A stretch of DNA of 64,000 nt, taken from assembly GCA_040954595.2 (NCBI GenBank), contig CM082584.2:11996875-12060874 (forward strand). Direction: 5' to 3'. A model generated the notes under the pieces. The model was not told the origin of the DNA. It ran no database searches and saw only the letters and a program-made list of their open reading frames with translations. The position numbers were made by a program, and so were the translations under genes. Position 1 is the first letter of the stretch. Every line of letters starts with the position of its first letter. The DNA is from Balanoglossus misakiensis (lineage: Eukaryota > Animalia > Hemichordata). This document shows positions 56,746 to 64,000 of this stretch, piece by piece.

Positions 56746-59700
56746 CATCGTTTTCTGATTTTAACACTCTATGTATTATTTCCTAGGGTTTCCAATAAAC
56801 TTTAGTCTATTTATAGAGCACATGATGGTGTGTTTGTTGTATTGAGTGATGATGGAACAGAGTGAGAGTCATAAATATACATTATATTATGTGCGACACA
56901 AATACTTCCACCCACAAGGGAATATGATCCACTGTCACATGACCCAGTTTGGGTACTACAGTGTATGGTTGTGATCATAAACATTGCATTAGCATACATT
57001 GTCATTCCTGGGAGTTTCAGCATTGCAATAAAATGCAGGTCAGGGCAGGACCTTGTCCAATGCAACTAATACGAGTTTGGTCGGGAATCGATTGTTCGGA
57101 CGTGTGAACGAGAGGATTAGCTGAAGGATGCGCATTATGGTCACGTGACCATCTTAGAGTTGCGCTTTTTCCTTGGAAGCAAGAGATTTTCCCGATATGT
57201 TAGTTATGTTTCAAGTATAATCCGATTCTGTACATTAAATTCATTCGACATGTTTTTAAAGACAAGGGAAGTGCACATTTTGCGTATCAAATCGCTTCTT
57301 GTAGCACTCACGGGCGTTGTAATTTTCAACTGTGGATTGTAGGCATTTCTGGGACCCGCCCGCTTTATTTTCTAACCCCCATTTCGATGTTTTTTTCTCG
57401 ATAAATGTTACCAAAAGCTATGTATGTTAACTCCAATATATAAGGTGTTAGGCAACTATATCGAAAATGAATTTTCTATTATACTTGTGTGCAGAAATCG
57501 GTCATTTGCATCGATGTTTGATTTCACACGTCCGAAAAATGGCCGATTCCCGAACGTCTTTCTTGAAGGAAGTACATGTAGGACGTGTGTGCATCTCATG
57601 CGGAGCAAGAACGCTGGTGGGACGACCTATTTCGGATACACATACGGAGCAGCTGTCGTGTTGGCTGGTACATTGACAGCTAACATTGTTCGCGTGTCCC
57701 AAATATAGTAAAATATAGTATTATATTGAGAAACCGCATCATACCATCTGGACGACTGAAAATAAAGGTTGGATACCATCGTATCTTTCCATGTTTCGAT
57801 ATTAAATACACAATGCAAACACAATTCTCGTGTAGTTTAACGCTCGATAAATTACGCACGCGACACTCGTTTTTACGCCCAAGCGAAGTGGTTCGGAGGG
57901 TATAGGAAAATACTAGTGTTTAATTTATTTAACTGGGGTGTTTCCAGTGATGTTGATTTTTTTATGTAAGCGCCTGTACGGATGTAACGAAAAGCTGATA
58001 AAATTTGCTTTATCAACTATGCTTCGAAGAAAAACTTACAATTGTCGAAAAATTATTGCTTCCATATCCATTTCCTCCAGCTCCCCCAAATGTTAAATGT
58101 GTTATACGTACGCTACCACCTTGACTATTTTAAACTGACATACGGACATTAAAGTTAGGCACATAACCGTGAGGTACTGGTATGTATTGAAGAAGTCGGG
58201 AGGCTAGTGATCTATATCTCACGAGGATTTGCCTACAGCAAAATCGTTTAATAGCCCCCTCCCACACAGTTGAAGGTTCTACCCTTGCTTCAGGGTTAGT
58301 CACGTTCGCATACACATGTGAACCACCAATTTTACGTATTTAGACTCTGCAGACGGCCCTGACGGGGCGGTGTGTTGGTGGAGCTATTTTATTCAACCAC
58401 AACACGGGTCAGCAAACCACTTTGGTGTGACGGTTTGATTTCTGCAGTACAATAGGCCCACAGGTGAGCACTCAACTATACACAGTGTGCAGATAACACA
58501 TTTTCCATCATTAACTAAAATTTCATGGAGGTAAGGAAAGTTGTGAAGCATCAAAGAAAACGAATGATCAGTTGCGCCTGGTACTATACACCAGGATATG
58601 ATGGTCAAACCAGGTACAGAAATTTCAAGACCGTGATAGGTTGCATCATAGTTGCATCCGGTAGCTGTGTGTACTCATGGTGTACTCGACCTGTTGAGTA
58701 AGTCGGTTCGTGGCCGTTGTTCAGGGCGTGACGGTATTGGCGGGTTGATATGGGTTGGTATAGATATTGACAAACCGGCAGGAGTATTACCAACTATATC
58801 ATCAAATTGCCAGGGACAAAACTTGGGAGAAAAGTTTTTCTTATGCGATAAGGGCTTACAGGAACAACTGTCGGACACTGTAGGTCTGCTTTTTGTCGTG
58901 AGTTCAACTTTCTGTTCATTGACCTGCTTTACTACTGTGGTATCTCCCAAGCCAGAGTGCAAACGGAAATCCTGCGGGTATCGTACTCATGGGGTTTCAG
59001 GAAGTACGTGCGCATGGTCTAGCCGTGTGCTTTTAGATTAAAGGGGGAGTGGTTAATCCCCACTGAGATATCGCAAAGTGCAGAAACTATGTTGAAAATT
59101 CACAAAAAAGTAAACAAGGTCGACACCCTCACTTTTTCCTCCAAAGCAAGTGGCCACTATTTGAACCAATCTTTGAAAACGGGAGCCTCCGTTCAAAATG
59201 GTGGGATATCATATATGTGAGCCAGCCACGAAAGAAACGATTTAATACGCTTTCATGTCCAAAATATTTCAAAATCCGGAACAGTCTCGTCACATGACAG
59301 AGACAAGGAGAAATGCACGTATGGCAGCGATGACTAAACGGGTTATGTCGTCGACGTCGCTATTATTCTGAGGCAAGCCCAACAACACAAACCACGTGAT
59401 ATCCGGATCGCACCGGTACGCACCGTCCAACCTCAGGCGCCGCGCCATATAAACATACATGATATCTATAGCTGCACAGTAGTCACAACAGAACGAGGCT
59501 GAGCAATAGAATCTATCATTTACACCAAAGAAACTACCGAGGCGCGTCGGACGACAAATCCGTAAGTACAATCTCTACCAAAACCTCAGTACCGACAGCA
59601 TTATTGGCCGGTCATCTTCAATATGACTTGTCATCATAAGTGATGACTTAAAAGACATATTTTTCCAGAACTGTTTTTCCCAATAATGATATTTTATTAT

Positions 59701-61506
59701 TGAACAAATTCCTACCACTTTGCATTGTGAAAAAGTAATATCAACGTTTTAGCGCCTTCTCCGACTCTCTGTGCCTGAAATATTTGATAAACAAAGTGTT
59801 GTTCCCTGAGAACCTGCGCAAAATACGGATACTGGATCGTCTATTGCGACTTGCGTTCGTCAACCAGACATGCGCAAAATACACAGCCTTTTCAAACCTT
59901 CATCTGCCGCATAGTGGTATAATGATGTTATTGTCACATGATCGTAGAGAACTAGTTTTCGGTCAAAGACCCGTGTGTCACTGTTCTGCTAAAGTGTATC
60001 GCGGGAGAAAGTGAGACTCTCTTGTTCGGCTCACCTAGTCTAGAATTTTCCTGTTCGGCTTAGCCTTGTTTTTTTTCTCATTTGGCACCATTCTTGACCA
60101 TGCTTTACAAACAAGTCATGCATGCGTGCTTATGTGTGACCGAAACCATCGTCAAAACAACGCGTGTTTGAGTTGCGCTGCACTTGAAGGTATGAAAGTC
60201 CGTTCACTGTGCTAAGATCTCAATGAACCGCGTAATTAATAATTCTCCATATTCGTGGTTTTATTCCTCGTCTGTGGAACAACGCTATAAGCCACAGTCA
60301 CGTGTAAACTGGATAGCCGTCTTGGGGGATAGACTGCGCTATGTCTTAGAAATATTCCACCAGAAATGTGCCTCCGCCCAATGGGGGGAGGGGGAGAGAT
60401 GTGGCTCTGACTGCACGTGCTGTGCGTAATAAGACTACGTATAAATCGCCCTTGCCCTTCGTTAGAAAAGTCGTTGAACCAACAAGGTTACGTTCAGGTT
60501 TGCACATAAATATCGACAATAACGCTTAATAGATAGTATTCTCCCCTGCAAATTCAATATGGCGAGGTAATTAGTACCACTTAGCCTTTATACAGGGGTC
60601 CTAACAACGAATGATAAACATTGAATACAGGCATTATATGTGCTAGTACGACGTGACACTTTCCATCATTGCTGAATGAATAATCTTGTTGACGTCATCT
60701 TATTAGAAGGCCAAGTCGCTGTCGGGGTCCACCTATATTATAAATGGAGTAGCAATGGAATTATAAAAAAATCATGAGTCAACAATTCTGTGTTGCTACC
60801 AGGAATTGTAAGAATTAACCCCCTCCCCCCATTTCACATTTGAAGACGAGCCTAGATCAGTTTCAACCTTGACGTCAATGTATAGTACGACTTGTCGTTG
60901 AATTGTTGATCTTCTTGATGCGGACGTCATCTTATAAGAAGTTCAAATCGCGGGCGGGGTCTGCTCATGGTGAATGAGTTGGAAAAAAACACCTCATGTA
61001 AACAAATTACTGTGAGGCATTTGCTTTCAGACTGGTATGTGAATATCGATGTTGGCTTTTGAACAACGACTGATTTGCGTAAATATAGTTGGAAACTTTG
61101 TAAGATGGCCCGACACTAAAAGACATACCAATAACCAAAATAACGTTTAGGGATTTTGTATTTCTGGTGTAGGTCTAAGTACAACTTTAACGCGATTCCG
61201 CGTGTTTTATTGAGCGAATGTCAAACTGACTTCTCATATTACAGAAATAACCAAGACAGTGTCAAAGGATCGAGGCTTTATGTCTATCTGTTTATACTCT
61301 TCAAACTGTAAAATGTCTCATTTTGGTTAGCCTTCGACCTATGGTCAAAATTTGGTGGCATTTTCACCCGACATAGTAATCTTATCCGCAGCCCCTGTTT
61401 GTTTATTTATTTTCAGTTGCTGCGCGCTGTATTCAAACCTGTTGAGAACTAACCGAAAGTATTGTCGACTCTTTTTCAGGTAATACATATCCGAATAGTT
61501 ATCGAC

Positions 61507-61542
61507 TGACGTCATCGCCAGAGAGGGCGTTGCGCATATAAA
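61507..61542 (+). promoter_or_regulatory. Core promoter of the triple-Ubl gene: palindromic CRE plus TATA box
   Basis: TGACGTCA 61507-61514 followed by CATATAAA 61535-61542, ~160 bp upstream of ATG 61700. Confidence 0.6.
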
Positions 61543-61699
61543 CAAAGTCACGCGACGTAGTGAAGGTCATATCGCCTCGCAAAACTGTCAACAAAGCTGA
61601 TTGCACAAAAGAGTGAAAGTGTGTGGTAGAGATAAGGGCGAGAGTCGACTGCGTCATTGTAGTTTCGTACGGGGGAAATTCGCACAAGAGTACCCGGCG

Positions 61700-62494
61700 A
61701 TGCTTTGCGAGGACATATCGCAGCAAGCGGTCGCCCCGGTCAGTGTGACCGTGATCACACAGTGGGGCGATGAATTCCCGTTCACCATCACCGACAAAAA
61801 AGTCGTGGACGATGTCAAAGCCCTGGTGGAGAAGAGAACCGGGGTAGAACGCTGCAACCAGATGTTGACACTGGACGGCCACCGGGTTCGCAGCAGCGAC
61901 AGTTTAAAGAGCCTTGGAGCGAACCCGGATAGCTGCTTTCGGGTCTATGCGGGGAGAGACTCGCAGGGCAGCATAAAACTGCGGCTAAGGAGTCTGGCGG
62001 CCGACGAGAAATGTCTGCAAGTAGATCCCATGCAAACAGTGCTGGAGTGTAAAGAGTTGTACGAAGAGAGAACGGAGATACCGTGGAGCCAAATAGAGTG
62101 CGTTTACGATGGACAGATCATGGAGAACAATTTGACTCTCCTGGACTACAAAGTCACAGCCTCCTCCATCGTCCATGTCGTTTTCAGACACTTTCCAATC
62201 TTCATCTGGACGCAACAGCACAAGTTCTACAGCATGCGAGTGAACGCCAAAACCACGGTTTTGGAAATCAAGGCGAAAATCTACGAACACGAAGGCGTGG
62301 AAATTAAAGAGCAACGGCTGGCGTACAGAGATTTTGAAATGGAAAACGACATGGAACTGGCGTATTACCATGCTGCCAAACCCAACGCCGTGTTTCGTCT
62401 TTTATTGAACGGGGTGCCTTTGCCTACGGGCGATCAGCGCAGTGATGTCGCTCGGAAAAAAGCTACCGAGCCGGAACAGTGTACAATCCTCTGA
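61700..62494 (+). CDS. Intronless 264-aa protein: three tandem divergent ubiquitin-like domains + C-terminal CaaX (CTIL)
   Basis: Three ubiquitin-fold repeats: VDDVKALVEKRTGVERCNQML, TVLECKELYEERTEIPWSQIECVYDGQIMENNLTLLDYKV, TVLEIKAKIYEHEGVEIKEQRLAY. No LRGG motifs; ends KKATEPEQCTIL-TGA. The first ATG is at 61700 (the ORF track starts at an upstream TTG). Confidence 0.88.
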   Translation: MLCEDISQQAVAPVSVTVITQWGDEFPFTITDKKVVDDVKALVEKRTGVERCNQMLTLDGHRVRSSDSLKSLGANPDSCFRVYAGRDSQGSIKLRLRSLAADEKCLQVDPMQTVLECKELYEERTEIPWSQIECVYDGQIMENNLTLLDYKVTASSIVHVVFRHFPIFIWTQQHKFYSMRVNAKTTVLEIKAKIYEHEGVEIKEQRLAYRDFEMENDMELAYYHAAKPNAVFRLLLNGVPLPTGDQRSDVARKKATEPEQCTIL

Positions 62495-62659
62495 AAAGGT
62501 GACCTCATTCCTGGTTCACACAGCGCCAGCAATTCGTGTCGATTGCGCCACGCCATCATGATGGTGTCACTTCCCGATATAAACATCTGACGTAGCATTT
62601 ACACAAAGGGTTGGAGACAATTCTTGTTTTTCAAGCTGCAAATTGCACAAGTCCAGTCT

Positions 62660-62696
62660 ATTTATATATTTATTTATTAATTTATTAATTTATTTA
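62660..62696 (+). promoter_or_regulatory. Clustered AU-rich element in the 3' UTR of the triple-Ubl gene
   Basis: Six ATTTA pentamers (62660, 62668, 62672, 62680, 62688, 62692) in 37 nt, ~165 nt after the stop. Confidence 0.6.
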
Positions 62697-63060
62697 CTGA
62701 CTATCTGAACAAAATGTCATGCGATTTGACTTCCGTCTGACACGCACAAAAATTAAATTCTGAAGACGATGTGGTATTGTTCATATTTTACATACCTCAC
62801 ATGGTAATATATACTATTGTTTTTAAACATGTGGTATACTATTATAATGTAATGGCGATAGTTGATATTTTGTATGCCATCTCATTCACGAACAAAATGT
62901 AGGTCAAATGGTATTGATTGATTTTTTCAGGGTGTACCTTAAGTTTTTAGACATTCACCAAATTTCTATTCCGCCGGGAATTTGTTATGTACATATTTGT
63001 CGAGAGACACCCAACAGCACAATCTGATTATTGGCCTAATCAGCAGGTGTAGAGTTGGGC

Positions 63061-63128
63061 GCCAAGACAGGGAACAGAACAGCCAAGAGAGAGAACAGAA
63101 CAGCCAAGACAGAGAACAGAACAACCAA
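63061..63128. repeat. 21-bp minisatellite, ~3.2 copies
   Basis: GCCAAGACAGGGAACAGAACA / GCCAAGAGAGAGAACAGAACA / GCCAAGACAGAGAACAGAACA / ACCAA. Confidence 0.85.
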
Positions 63129-64000
63129 AACAATCATGAAAGCTATAAGACAGCTCCTAACTCTACATCTGATTTTCATCAGATTGCCCGACAGCATTGC
63201 CAAACCTTACCACAGAGGAGCAATTCGTCTGATGGAAGCGTTTTGCGTGGCCATTTTAGAGATGATTGTTCTAAGAATTGAACGAAATAAGCGCACAAGC
63301 CTGGGAAAGCCATCTCAGTGACGTCATTGTTATGTAAATATGACAAAATGCCTGTCCAGAGACGATGACGTCTCCTAGTGACGAAACGCACAAGTTGTAC
63401 TCTTTTTAACTAAATGCACAAAAATAATTAAAACGCACAAAAAGACAAGTAGCCAAGTATTATTACATGGATTTTCAAGACACCGAATTGAATACAGACA
63501 AACAACAATTGACGAAGGCATCCGTACTGGATACAGCCTGGTGTCTGGTCTTTATAAAACAATTAAATAAAATTTGATAAACGTGATTCTTATATTCTGA
63601 GTGGTCAAGTTAGTTATTACAACTATTATTCTGATCTTGAATATATTGAATAGTGATCGGTAATTTATTAATTTTATTGTTTGCAGTTTTGTTGGGAATT
63701 TTGAATTGATTCATGGTGATGTGTATATATATTTCATGTTTATCGTGTTTTTTTTATTTATTTTACTGTTCAATAAATGTTATTTGATGTGCTAATCAGC
63801 ATCTTAAGTGCGTTTTCTTCAATAACAAATGGATGCAAAACGACAAGTACACCGCTGGGAGGTAGTTGTTTGCACACACGACTGTACCTTACATTCTACG
63901 CTGCGAGGCTGATCATTTGAAACTACGGATAATTTGAACCCAATAATAGATTGGTGTTAATTTCACACGGCGAGATATTATCCATGGAGCAACTCTCGTA

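Noticed and set aside
62982-63391. ORFs with REQNSQD-like repeats
   Set aside because: They arise from the 21-bp minisatellite, begin at non-ATG or weak starts, and show no homology or splice support.

Overview
Eukaryotic, intron-rich animal DNA (apparently an invertebrate; the taxon cannot be fixed from sequence alone). Positions 1-19162 are a very homogeneous array of about 220 copies of an 87-bp satellite, and all the giant ORFs there derive from the repeat. The array stops abruptly and is followed by a compact gene block with alternating strands: HDAC3 (-), an unnamed 15-exon gene (+), intronless SNF8 (-), an unnamed N-myristoylated ubiquitin-like-domain gene (+), SPEF2 (-), EIF2D (+). 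After about 5 kb of unexplained DNA comes an intronless triple ubiquitin-like protein ending in a CaaX box (+). The main candidate for an undescribed system is the 660-aa gene at 25625-29729. Spliced by hand, it fuses a GCN5-type acetyltransferase domain (general-base Glu replaced by Gln, split by an acidic/NLS insert), a coiled coil and a tankyrase-like PARP catalytic domain (triad C-Y-E instead of H-Y-E). It shares a 395-bp divergent promoter region with HDAC3 and has a consensus RFX X-box in intron 1. All gene models and homology calls come from manual splicing and recalled family motifs; no database search was run.
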